This document shows, piece by piece, positions 43,862 to 52,056 of a stretch of 52,056 nucleotides of DNA. Source of the DNA: an uncultured Bacillales bacterium. Its GTDB lineage: Bacteria; Bacillota_I; Bacilli_A; RF39; UBA660. The stretch's first letter is position 1; the number at the start of each line of letters is the position of its first letter. Under the pieces are notes generated by a model that saw nothing but the letters and a program-made list of their open reading frames with translations, searched no databases and was not told the DNA's origin. The position numbers and the translations under genes are program-made. The stretch is from the NCBI GenBank assembly GCA_947165475.1, contig CAMVAN010000002.1, positions 1 to 52,056 of the forward strand. The letters run 5' to 3'.

Positions 43862-46486
43862 TTACTTTTTAAATTTTATTTTTTTATATGTTTCCATTAT
43901 AATTATCATAATAATACCAAATAATAGTAATATTGATAAATCCATTATAGGAATAGGCTTTGTTTTAAATACTGATGTTATAGCAGGGATTTTTAATACA
44001 ATAAGTCCTAATACAATACTAAATAATATACCTATTCCAAAGATTGGATTACTTTTTAAAGAAATATCTAGAGTACTTTTCTTTTCACTTCTACAATTAA
44101 AAGCATGCATATTTTGAAGTATTATCATTAAAGCCATTACGTATCCTCTTGCCATTTGGATATCTACATTTTTTATCTTAATTAAATATACCCATAGTCC
44201 AAAAACAAAAGAACCTATTATTATTCCGGAGAATAATATTTCATCAATTAATACTTTATCAAAGAAACCTTCTTTTGGACTTCTTGGTGGTTCTTGCATA
44301 ATATCTTTTTCTTTTTTCTCAAATGATAATGCAATATCTTGTATTCCATCTGTTACCACATTTAACCATAATAATTGTATAGCAACTAATGGCATTGGCA
44401 TATTACATAGTATTGATAGTACAAAAAATAATACTTCTGCTATTCCACATGATAATAAGAAATAAGCAATTTTCCTAATATTTGCATAGGCTACTCTTCC
44501 TTCTTGTACTCCATTTACAATTGAATGAAGTCTGTCATCTAATACAATCATGTTTGCTGTTTCTTTAGCAAGGTCAGTACCACTTCCCATGGCTATACCA
44601 ATATTAGAAGCCTTTATTGCTGGTGCATCATTAACTCCATCTCCTGTTACAGCAACAAATTCCCCTTGTCTTTTTAATGACTCAATTATTTTTAATTTTT
44701 GTATTGGAGTTACTCTACTAAATACTTTTTTAGTTAGAATAAATTTATCAAATGTTTTTTCATCTTTTTTTAACATATCATCAATATCTTTATCAGTCGC
44801 TACATCATCATATGAGATAGTTAGTTTTAAATCTTTTGCTATTTTAAATGCTGTTAATGGATGGTCTCCTGTTATCATTAGTACTTTTATTCCTGCTCTT
44901 TTACATTTTTTTATTGCTTCTTTGGCATCTTTTCTTATTGGATCTATAAAACCTACTAGTCCCATAAAAGTAAGTGGAGGTATATCTTTTTCAACATAAT
45001 GATCTTTTTTTTCTACTTTTCCATTTGCTAATGATATTACTCGATAACCATCTTTTGATAAAGCTTCATTTTGTTCTTCTATTTTTTTTAGATTATTCGT
45101 TTTTAAAAAATTTACTTTATTACAAAATTTAGATACTTTTTCTAATGATCCTTTTATTGTACAGTATGTTTCCCCATTTTTTTCGTAGAATACCGCTGAA
45201 TATTGTTTTTCAGACTCATATGGAATACTATCAATAATTTTTATATCTTTTTCGTTTACATTACATTTTTTCCCAAGTACTAAAAATGCTAAATCTATTG
45301 AATCTCCAATACAATCTTCTTTTGTAAATACTGCTTCATTATTAATTGTCCCGAGTAATGCTATTTCTTTTGCATATTCTATTTTTTCTCCTGTTATTGT
45401 TCCATCTATGTTGTATCCAGAACCTGTTATAATATATTCTAAATCATTTGGTAATACTATTTTCTTTGCTGTTTGTTCATTGACAGTTAATGTACCTGTT
45501 TTATCACTTGCTATTATACTACAGCTTCCTAAAGCTTCTACTGAAGACAATTTTTTTGTTAGGACTTTATGCTTCATCATTTTATTCGAAGCAATTGTTA
45601 GAGCCATTGTTAATGCTAGAGGAAGCCCTTCAGGCATTGCTGATACACTTAAGGCAATAATTGATACAAATATTTCGTTAAAAGATATGCCTTTTATATA
45701 CAATATAATTCCTAAAATAATAGAGAAAATTATTAATATTTTACTAATATCTTGAGAAAACTTTTCAATTCTTATTGTTAATGGGGATTTTTCTTGTTTT
45801 ACTTCATGAATAGAATCAGCTATTTTACCTATTTCAGTTTCTTTTGATATTCTACTAACTATTCCTATTGCTCTTCCTGTAATTACTCCAGTACCTGCAA
45901 ATACCATATTTTTTTGAGCTGTAATTGGAAGGCTTGCCCCACGATATTTTTTATTGTCTTTTACAACAGAAATACTTTCACCAGTTAAAATTGATTCATC
46001 TACTGTAAAATTATGATATTCAATTATTCTTATATCAGCAGGTATTTTATCTCCAGATGAGAGACAAACAATATCTCCTAATGTTAGAAATTTTGATTCA
46101 ACTTCAATTTCTTTTCCATCTCTTATTACTTTTACTTTTTTAGGAACAAAATTTTTTAATGCTTCTATTGTTTTTGTAGATTTATATTCTTGAACTGTCC
46201 CTATTATTAAATCTGTTAGAACTATTAAAAGAATTACAATCGCATCTATTATTTCTCCTATCATAATAGACGCTATTATCATTATTGCTAGAAGAAATAC
46301 AATTGGATCTTTTAGTTCTTGGAATATTATTGTACTTATATGTATTTTTTCTTTTTCTTTTAACTTGTTATATCCATATTTCTCTATTCTTTTTGATGCT
46401 TCTTTAGTTGTTAATCCTTCCTTATATGTATGAAGTTTTTGAAATACTTCCTCTACGCTCATATTATAAAAATTATCATTATTCAT
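43862..46486 (-). CDS. P-type cation-transporting ATPase, Ca2+ (type IIA) like
   Basis: Cation_ATPase_N (LTTKEASKRIEKYGYNKL), TGES, the TM4 motif PEGLP, DKTGTLT, TGDHP and GDGVNDAP. 874 aa. Confidence 0.9.
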   Translation of the reverse strand: MNNDNFYNMSVEEVFQKLHTYKEGLTTKEASKRIEKYGYNKLKEKEKIHISTIIFQELKDPIVFLLAIMIIASIMIGEIIDAIVILLIVLTDLIIGTVQEYKSTKTIEALKNFVPKKVKVIRDGKEIEVESKFLTLGDIVCLSSGDKIPADIRIIEYHNFTVDESILTGESISVVKDNKKYRGASLPITAQKNMVFAGTGVITGRAIGIVSRISKETEIGKIADSIHEVKQEKSPLTIRIEKFSQDISKILIIFSIILGIILYIKGISFNEIFVSIIALSVSAMPEGLPLALTMALTIASNKMMKHKVLTKKLSSVEALGSCSIIASDKTGTLTVNEQTAKKIVLPNDLEYIITGSGYNIDGTITGEKIEYAKEIALLGTINNEAVFTKEDCIGDSIDLAFLVLGKKCNVNEKDIKIIDSIPYESEKQYSAVFYEKNGETYCTIKGSLEKVSKFCNKVNFLKTNNLKKIEEQNEALSKDGYRVISLANGKVEKKDHYVEKDIPPLTFMGLVGFIDPIRKDAKEAIKKCKRAGIKVLMITGDHPLTAFKIAKDLKLTISYDDVATDKDIDDMLKKDEKTFDKFILTKKVFSRVTPIQKLKIIESLKRQGEFVAVTGDGVNDAPAIKASNIGIAMGSGTDLAKETANMIVLDDRLHSIVNGVQEGRVAYANIRKIAYFLLSCGIAEVLFFVLSILCNMPMPLVAIQLLWLNVVTDGIQDIALSFEKKEKDIMQEPPRSPKEGFFDKVLIDEILFSGIIIGSFVFGLWVYLIKIKNVDIQMARGYVMALMIILQNMHAFNCRSEKKSTLDISLKSNPIFGIGILFSIVLGLIVLKIPAITSVFKTKPIPIMDLSILLLFGIIMIIIMETYKKIKFKK

Positions 46487-46632
46487 TCTATCATCCCTAT
46501 TCTATTATAAATTTTACTAAATTTTATATAAATTGTCTATATTATTATTTTTTTAATTTATAATCTACTAAAAGTAGAGTTTTTTTCATTAAAAGATACT
46601 TTTTTATAGTATAATTTATTTGGGGAGGAGTT

Positions 46633-47946
46633 ATGAAAAATATAGATTTTGGTAATTATTTATATAAGCTAAGAAAACAAAATCATTATACTCAAAAATA
46701 TGTTGCTTATGAGTTGGGCATAAGTGATAAAACTGTAAGTAAGTGGGAAACTGGGAATTCTAAGCCTGATTTAGATACTTTAAGACTACTTTCAGTATTG
46801 TATCATACTTCATTTGAAGAAATTATTTCTTGTTCTTCTAGTACTAACTTGCCTAATATTCATAAGATTGTTTTGACTGGGGGACCTTGTGCAGGGAAAA
46901 CTACTGCTTTAAATCATATTGAACAATATTTTTCTAAACGGGGGTATACTGTTTTACTTGTTTCTGAAACTGCTACTGAATTAACGTCTAGTGGCTTATT
47001 TCCTACTATTTGTAATTCTAATTATGATTATCAACGAACTCAAATAATGATGCAAAAGGAAAAAGAGAAAATTTATGAAGATGCTGCTAAACATTTAAAA
47101 AATACAAATATACTAATTGTATGTGATCGTGGTGTTATTGATAATAAAGCTTATATGAAGAATATTGAATTTAAGAGACTTTTAAGTGATTTAGGAACGA
47201 ATGAAGTTCTTGAAAGAGATTCATATGATGCAATCTTTCATTTGGTTAGTACTGCTAAGGGAAGAGAAAAAGAATATAATTTAAATCATGCTGTTCGTTC
47301 TGAGACTATCCAAGAAGCTAAAGACTTAGATGATAAAATTATTGCTGCTTGGACTGGTCATCCTTACTTTCGCATAATCGATAATAGCTTAGACTTTGAA
47401 AATAAATTAAAACAACTTTTATTAGAAATAAGTTCTTTTTTAGGTGAACCTGAACCATTTGAAATTGAAAGGAAATACATTATAAAATATCCTGATATTT
47501 CTTATTTAGAAAGTTTACCCTTTTGTAATAAAGTTAATATCATACAAACATATCTTAAATCTACTCATGATATAGAAAGAAGGATTCGATGTAGAGGAGT
47601 TGAAGATAATTTTGTTTATTATTTGACTGAGAAAAGGAAAATATCTAATTTAAAAAGAATTGAGGTAGAAAGAAGAATTTCAAAAGATGATTATTTATCT
47701 TTCTTATTAGAATCTGATAATAGTCTTCGCACTATTATTAAAACTCGATATTGTTTAATGATACATAATCAATATTATGAAATAGATATTTATCCAGAAT
47801 GGAGTAAGCAAGCTATATTAGAAGTTGAGCTTAGAGATGAGAATGAATCTATCTATTTTCCGGATTTTATTAATATTATTAAGGAAGTTACGGATGATGA
47901 TAGTTATAAAAATTATAATATGGCAAAATCTATGCCTAAAGAGTGA
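46633..47946 (+). CDS. XRE-type HTH, P-loop NTPase/kinase (AAA_28/NadR-RNK-like) and CYTH domain fusion protein
   Basis: HTH (LRKQNHYTQKYVAYELGISDKTVSKWETG). Walker A GGPCAGKTT and Walker B ILIVCDRG. C-terminal CYTH with EIERKY (ExExK), later basic residues, and AILEVEL. Confidence 0.8.
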   Translation: MKNIDFGNYLYKLRKQNHYTQKYVAYELGISDKTVSKWETGNSKPDLDTLRLLSVLYHTSFEEIISCSSSTNLPNIHKIVLTGGPCAGKTTALNHIEQYFSKRGYTVLLVSETATELTSSGLFPTICNSNYDYQRTQIMMQKEKEKIYEDAAKHLKNTNILIVCDRGVIDNKAYMKNIEFKRLLSDLGTNEVLERDSYDAIFHLVSTAKGREKEYNLNHAVRSETIQEAKDLDDKIIAAWTGHPYFRIIDNSLDFENKLKQLLLEISSFLGEPEPFEIERKYIIKYPDISYLESLPFCNKVNIIQTYLKSTHDIERRIRCRGVEDNFVYYLTEKRKISNLKRIEVERRISKDDYLSFLLESDNSLRTIIKTRYCLMIHNQYYEIDIYPEWSKQAILEVELRDENESIYFPDFINIIKEVTDDDSYKNYNMAKSMPKE

Positions 47947-47984
47947 TAAATGAAAGTTATAAGTATATAGATAGTTAAATCAAA

Positions 47985-48012
47985 AAAATTAAAAGACCAT
48001 TGGGTCTTTTAA
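47985..48012. terminator. Bidirectional hairpin terminator between the CYTH-fusion gene and the CDF gene
   Basis: AAAAGACC(47991-47998)/GGTCTTTT(48003-48010) with a 4-nt loop. An A-run precedes it and T's follow. Confidence 0.7.
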
Positions 48013-49118
48013 TCACTTATATCTAAATCAATTGTTATATTAAGAGAATACTCTTTGTATTTTCTTTTTATTTCTTCTTTTATTTTTTTTAAAATGAGAT
48101 TTGTATTTTTTGCTTTAAAATCTATGATTATATCAAATGTTATTTCTGATTCTTCTTCATCCAAATAAAATCCATGCATTTCTAATACTTCTTTATGGGA
48201 GAAGATAATATTATGTATTTCTCTTCGAATTTTTTTTACTTTTTCATCTGAGTTAACTGAGTATATTCCTATTGTATGAAGAATTACTCCATGTTTCTTT
48301 GAAATATCTTTTGTAATTTTTCTAGATAATTTATCTACATCTCTTACATTCATGGTATCTGATACTTCTATATGGACTGAACCCATATATTTATCTGGTC
48401 CATAATCATTTAATACTAAATCAAAGGCTCCTAAAACTTCATTTTCTTTACATATATCTCTTTTTATTGCGTGGGTTATTTTATTAGACGCTCTTACTCC
48501 AACAAGTTGGTTAATTGAGTCTTTTATTAATTCTATTCCTGATTTAATAATTAGTGTTGAAACGAGTGCTCCTACGTATGCTTCGACTTGAATATTAAAT
48601 AATAGAAAAATGATTGCTGATGAAAGGACTGATATGGATAATACTGCATCCATAAATGCGTCAGATCCACTTGCTACTAAGGAGTCTGAGTTAGCTTCTT
48701 TTCCTTTTCTTTTTACATATAACCCTAGTATAAACTTTACTAATATACCACTAATTAATATAATAAAACTGATTGTTGTATATTTTACCTCTTCTGGATG
48801 AATTATTTTTTTAATTGATTCAATAAAGGCTGTTAATCCAGCATATAAAACAATTATAGAAATAATAAGAGATGTCATATACTCTATTCTTCCATGACCG
48901 TAAGGATGTTCTTTATCAGGTGCACGTGCTGCTAATTTTGTTCCGACTATAGTAATAATACTTGATAGAGCATCACTTAAATTATTAATTGCGTCTGTTA
49001 CTATCGCAATAGAATTTGCTAGTATTCCTACAAATGCTTTAAACATTGCTAATACTATATTTGATATTATACTTATTATACTTGTTTTAATTACTATTTT
49101 TTCTCTTGTCTTCTTCAT
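48009..49118 (-). CDS. Cation diffusion facilitator (CDF) family metal efflux transporter
   Basis: 6 TM with DA.NNLSD (TM2) and H/D metal-site residues, plus a cytoplasmic ZT-dimer domain. Confidence 0.85.
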   Translation of the reverse strand: MKKTREKIVIKTSIISIISNIVLAMFKAFVGILANSIAIVTDAINNLSDALSSIITIVGTKLAARAPDKEHPYGHGRIEYMTSLIISIIVLYAGLTAFIESIKKIIHPEEVKYTTISFIILISGILVKFILGLYVKRKGKEANSDSLVASGSDAFMDAVLSISVLSSAIIFLLFNIQVEAYVGALVSTLIIKSGIELIKDSINQLVGVRASNKITHAIKRDICKENEVLGAFDLVLNDYGPDKYMGSVHIEVSDTMNVRDVDKLSRKITKDISKKHGVILHTIGIYSVNSDEKVKKIRREIHNIIFSHKEVLEMHGFYLDEEESEITFDIIIDFKAKNTNLILKKIKEEIKRKYKEYSLNITIDLDISD

Positions 49119-49452
49119 TTTCTTCTCCTATTACGTTTCTTATTAATATATTTCTAATATACCATATAAAAATATTATCAAATTTATCAAAACCATTCTT
49201 CTTATATGCATGATAAAATGCTTTTGTAATATCGATTACTAATCCTTTAGACTCATTAATTAGTTTATTTTTGTTTAGTTGAGAAAATAATACTTTAATA
49301 TATATATCTTCATCTTTTATAATTAATTTACCCTTTTTTATTAGAGTATCTTTATTCTCTTTATGAATAATCGTATATCCATCTTTTTCATATGACTCTA
49401 ATATATTTTTATATGTATATTCTTCTAAATTATGTAATAATAAATAACTCAT
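49087..49452 (-). CDS. Hypothetical 121-aa protein
   Basis: The ORF overlaps the CDF start by 32 nt. No motif recognised. Confidence 0.4.
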   Translation of the reverse strand: MSYLLLHNLEEYTYKNILESYEKDGYTIIHKENKDTLIKKGKLIIKDEDIYIKVLFSQLNKNKLINESKGLVIDITKAFYHAYKKNGFDKFDNIFIWYIRNILIRNVIGEENEEDKRKNSN

Positions 49453-49502
49453 CTTCTCACCTTGTAAAATAATATATCATTAATTATAAAAAAATACTAG
49501 AT

Positions 49503-49542
49503 AAAAAAACACACTACTTATTTGTTTTTTGTGTGTTTTTTT
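49503..49542 (-). terminator. Candidate terminator overlapping the end of the 240-aa ORF
   Basis: ACACAC/GTGTGT arms (49509-49514 and 49531-49536) with a 16-nt loop. TTTTTTTATC follows on the minus transcript. Confidence 0.4.
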
Positions 49543-50236
49543 CTTTATTATTTAATATAAATTGAATTGTCTTAATATTATAAACTGTTATTTCATAAAT
49601 AAAATTATATAGCGTTCTTAATATAGATTCATCTATTTCTTTTTCATCTTTCTCTTCAAATTCTATTAATCTTGTTGTAATGATTCCCATTATATATTCT
49701 TTATCTAATTCACAACTTATATTATTTATAATATAATCTCTATCACAATAAATACTATGTACTTTTTTTGATATATTGTTGGATAACTCTATTCTTTCTA
49801 TTTCTGTTATAGGTTTATTTTTAAGTATCTCATATATTGACGATTTATATGATTTTAATAGTTCTTCTCCTTTTAGTTTATCTATTATGTTTGAACAATT
49901 GCTTAGAAAAAAGACTTTACTAGATAAATAATTTAATATTTTCTCTTTTTGGATTTGTATACTTTCTTTTAATTGCTTTATATTTTCTTCTTTTATATCA
50001 TAATCTTCTAATTCTTCTAGTAATGTACTTATTTTTTCTTCGATTTCTGTTATTTTTCTTTCTAATAATGTTAAGACACAATAGTCTTTTATACTAGGAC
50101 TATTTTTTATGATTTTTTTTAAATATTTTAATGATGTTTCTTTTCCTATTCTTAATCCTTCATTATTTAAATAATAATTAATAAGGGACTCTTCTAAATT
50201 AGCATTACAATTATTTGTTATTTCTTTAGTTTCCAT
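49514..50236 (-). CDS. Hypothetical 240-aa helical protein
   Basis: Long ORF on the same strand as its neighbours. Coiled-coil-like and E/K/I-rich. No motif recognised. Confidence 0.45.
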   Translation of the reverse strand: METKEITNNCNANLEESLINYYLNNEGLRIGKETSLKYLKKIIKNSPSIKDYCVLTLLERKITEIEEKISTLLEELEDYDIKEENIKQLKESIQIQKEKILNYLSSKVFFLSNCSNIIDKLKGEELLKSYKSSIYEILKNKPITEIERIELSNNISKKVHSIYCDRDYIINNISCELDKEYIMGIITTRLIEFEEKDEKEIDESILRTLYNFIYEITVYNIKTIQFILNNKEKNTQKTNK

Positions 50237-50275
50237 GTTTTACTTATTTAAAGACATTTTTTAAATGTCTTTCGT

Positions 50276-51514
50276 TTATCTTCTCCTTCTACGTATTGCT
50301 GGTTGTCCTGTATATCCTACTGGGTCATCGTCGTTAAATCTATCACCCATAAATTCAGGATAATCAACTGCATTATCATTATAATATTTTTCATCATTAT
50401 AATATTCTTTATCATCAAAATAATCTTCGCCATCATCACAATATCCGTTATTATCTATATATTTTCTTAATATGGCTAAAATTGCATCATCCTTACTATA
50501 AACGATACCTTTAAAATCGGGTTTTCCATTTATTGCTTGGGCCTCTGCTAGTATATCTTCTGGTTCCATTCTTTCATCTATTTTTTCTTCAGTTATTTGC
50601 ATGAAGTCTAAAAGATCAAAATCTATTCCTGTATATCCTGTTATAAATAATGCATCTTCTGATCTCATTTCAATAGCAGTATCTTTTATATTTTTTACTA
50701 TTTTTTCTTTTAATTCTATTATACAGTCTACTATTTTCATTTCCTCTTCATTTTTACAATGTGTTCTTAGTTTTTCAAATTTTAAATCTTCTCTTATGAT
50801 TTCTGTTAGTTTTTCATCAACGTTTGTGTTTGTAAAGTTAGCCATAGATAATATTGTTTTTTCTTCTTCCTCTAATTCTTCAAATTTCTTTTTTGTAGCG
50901 TTTTCAAATATTTCGTTTATTATCGTTTTTACTTCTTCAATATTATCTTTTGGTGCACATAGATTTATTAACATATTATAGTTTCCTGAACCTACAGCAA
51001 TTGATATTAAATCTTCTATACAAAAAAATTCATTTTCGTTAAGTTTAACTTTAAGTTGATCAGACAATATATTACAAATATCTTTTATTATTTTTGATTG
51101 AACGCTTTTCCAATAAGCCTTAAATGTTTCTTCATAATTTGTTTTAAGTTTTTTTTCATATTTTCTTTTTAGTTCCTCTATTAGTTCTTTTGCATCAAAT
51201 TTTACTGTTTCTAATTCATCTCTTGTAATTTTTAAACTATCTAAGTCAGTATCTTGAATATTGTTTATTGCCTTGATAATTGTTGATAAAACTTCATATT
51301 TAATTAAATCATATTTAGTCATCTCTTGAAATATTAGTGCTTTTAAACAATTATTATAAAATTGCATATTTAATAATTTTAGATGTTTTTGTTTTTTTGG
51401 TTTGCTATAAACTTCATCCCAATAAATTCCAACAATATTTTGAACTAAACTATTTTCATCTAAAATTATGCCATCTCTTCCTTCTATTAATTGCTCATAT
51501 ATTTGTTTATTCAT
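50276..51514 (-). CDS. Hypothetical 412-aa acidic protein with a Tyr/Asp-rich C-terminal region and a terminal RRRRR
   Basis: The ORF is preceded by GAGGGAG and a consensus promoter. The C-terminus reads …GEDYFDDKEYYNDEKYYNDNAVDYPEF…PAIRRRRR. Confidence 0.5.
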   Translation of the reverse strand: MNKQIYEQLIEGRDGIILDENSLVQNIVGIYWDEVYSKPKKQKHLKLLNMQFYNNCLKALIFQEMTKYDLIKYEVLSTIIKAINNIQDTDLDSLKITRDELETVKFDAKELIEELKRKYEKKLKTNYEETFKAYWKSVQSKIIKDICNILSDQLKVKLNENEFFCIEDLISIAVGSGNYNMLINLCAPKDNIEEVKTIINEIFENATKKKFEELEEEEKTILSMANFTNTNVDEKLTEIIREDLKFEKLRTHCKNEEEMKIVDCIIELKEKIVKNIKDTAIEMRSEDALFITGYTGIDFDLLDFMQITEEKIDERMEPEDILAEAQAINGKPDFKGIVYSKDDAILAILRKYIDNNGYCDDGEDYFDDKEYYNDEKYYNDNAVDYPEFMGDRFNDDDPVGYTGQPAIRRRRR

Positions 51515-51548
51515 TTTATTTTTCTCCCTCTTTTTTTATACGGTCGTT

Positions 51549-51577
51549 ATTATACCACAATTGTTGTATTTTGTCTA
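51549..51577 (-). promoter_or_regulatory. Sigma-A promoter of the 412-aa gene cluster
   Basis: On the minus strand: TAGACA (51572-51577), a 17-nt spacer ending in TGG, then TATAAT (51549-51554). Confidence 0.7.
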
Positions 51578-51635
51578 CTCTCTTATTTTACCATCATATT
51601 AAATTTTATAAATATTATTTTTTAATTATTATTGT

Positions 51636-51660
51636 ATTAAAAAAGATGATATACATCTCT
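51636..51660 (-). terminator. Rho-independent terminator after the edge-truncated gene
   Basis: AGATG(51644-51648)/CATCT(51654-51658). TTTTTTAAT follows on the minus transcript. Confidence 0.5.
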
Positions 51661-51739
51661 TCTAATATTCGAATATTAATGCTTATTTCTGGACTATTCT
51701 TGTTTATTTAATTTTGGAGATTTGGTCTAACTTGATACT

Positions 51740-52056
51740 TTATCTTCTTAATACTTTTCCATTTAAAACACCTAAATTTCTTATTAGATTATGACTATTA
51801 TAATTTTCATTGTAATTTAATCCGTAGAAATCTTCTTCATATATATCTTCAAAATCATCATAAAAAGTATTATATTCTATATTTAAATAAATACTTAATA
51901 TTTCTATTAATTCTTTTGAACATTTATAAATAATGGAGTTAAATAAGTAGTCTCCATCACTTAATTCTAAGACATTTATAATTTCATCTGGCAATAGTTC
52001 TTTATTTCTTTTTTCATTAAATATTTTTACAAAATCTTGAATTTTTATATTTATCT
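51740..52056 (-). CDS. Hypothetical protein, 5'-truncated by the window edge
   Basis: The reading frame stays open from 51994 to the window end (…INIKIQDFVKIFNEKRNKELLPDEII…). The C-terminus is an acidic/Tyr-rich stretch ending in RR, similar in style to the 412-aa protein. Confidence 0.45.
   Translation of the reverse strand, partial: INIKIQDFVKIFNEKRNKELLPDEIINVLELSDGDYLFNSIIYKCSKELIEILSIYLNIEYNTFYDDFEDIYEEDFYGLNYNENYNSHNLIRNLGVLNGKVLRR

Noticed and set aside
44550-45755. Plus-strand ORFs (149 aa, 115 aa) inside the P-type ATPase gene
   Set aside because: Antisense to a well-supported 874-aa gene. The Ser/Ile/Phe-rich translation carries no motif.
46564-46586. Hairpin TCTACT-aaa-AGTAGA followed by a T-run upstream of the HTH-CYTH gene
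   Set aside because: No upstream plus-strand gene exists for it to terminate, and the stem is only 6 bp. It could be an autoregulatory operator, but nothing supports that.

Overview
Very AT-rich chromosomal segment from a low-GC Firmicute-type genome. It uses the standard code: TGA closes the ORFs at 37466-37468 and 47944-47946, so this is not a code-4 Mollicute. About 50 genes are present and nearly all are on the minus strand. The backbone is housekeeping with Bacillus-like synteny: rplU-prp-rpmA-obg, ruvA-ruvB-queA-tgt, yceD-rpmF, uvrC, tkt...sirA-yneF, Bacillus-type dnaB, yebC, a CBS-type family II pyrophosphatase, a phosphohexomutase, a P-type Ca-ATPase and a CDF transporter. I found no rRNA, tRNA, CRISPR array, transposase or integrase. 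Six observations stand out. (1) L32 (rpmF) carries the same N-terminal propeptide, KLDIQLFA, as L27, next to a genome-encoded Prp protease, which predicts a second Prp substrate. (2) Three monocistronic plus-strand paralogs (36482-37468, 38411-39379, truncated 41405-41812) encode a two-Cys membrane hairpin fused to an unrecognised C-terminal domain. Two of them lie in an insertion that splits the conserved tkt-sirA-yneF block. (3) A strongly promoted three-gene operon (25083->20631) encodes a doubly anchored tandem GH25-like/LysM-like muramidase, a protein with a RelE/Gp49-like C-terminus, and a 571-aa helical-repeat protein. (4) Extra ORFs are wedged into conserved operons: a 131-aa ORF between ruvA and ruvB, and a tandem GreA-C protein between queA and tgt. 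(5) The type IV pilus genes are scattered (pilC-pilD, a distant pilin, a cryptic prepilin-like ORF), and two of them lack canonical start codons. (6) There is an HTH-P-loop-CYTH fusion protein, plus a hybrid histidine kinase and an Hpt-REC protein with no output domain. All functional calls come from motif recognition by eye. No database search was run.
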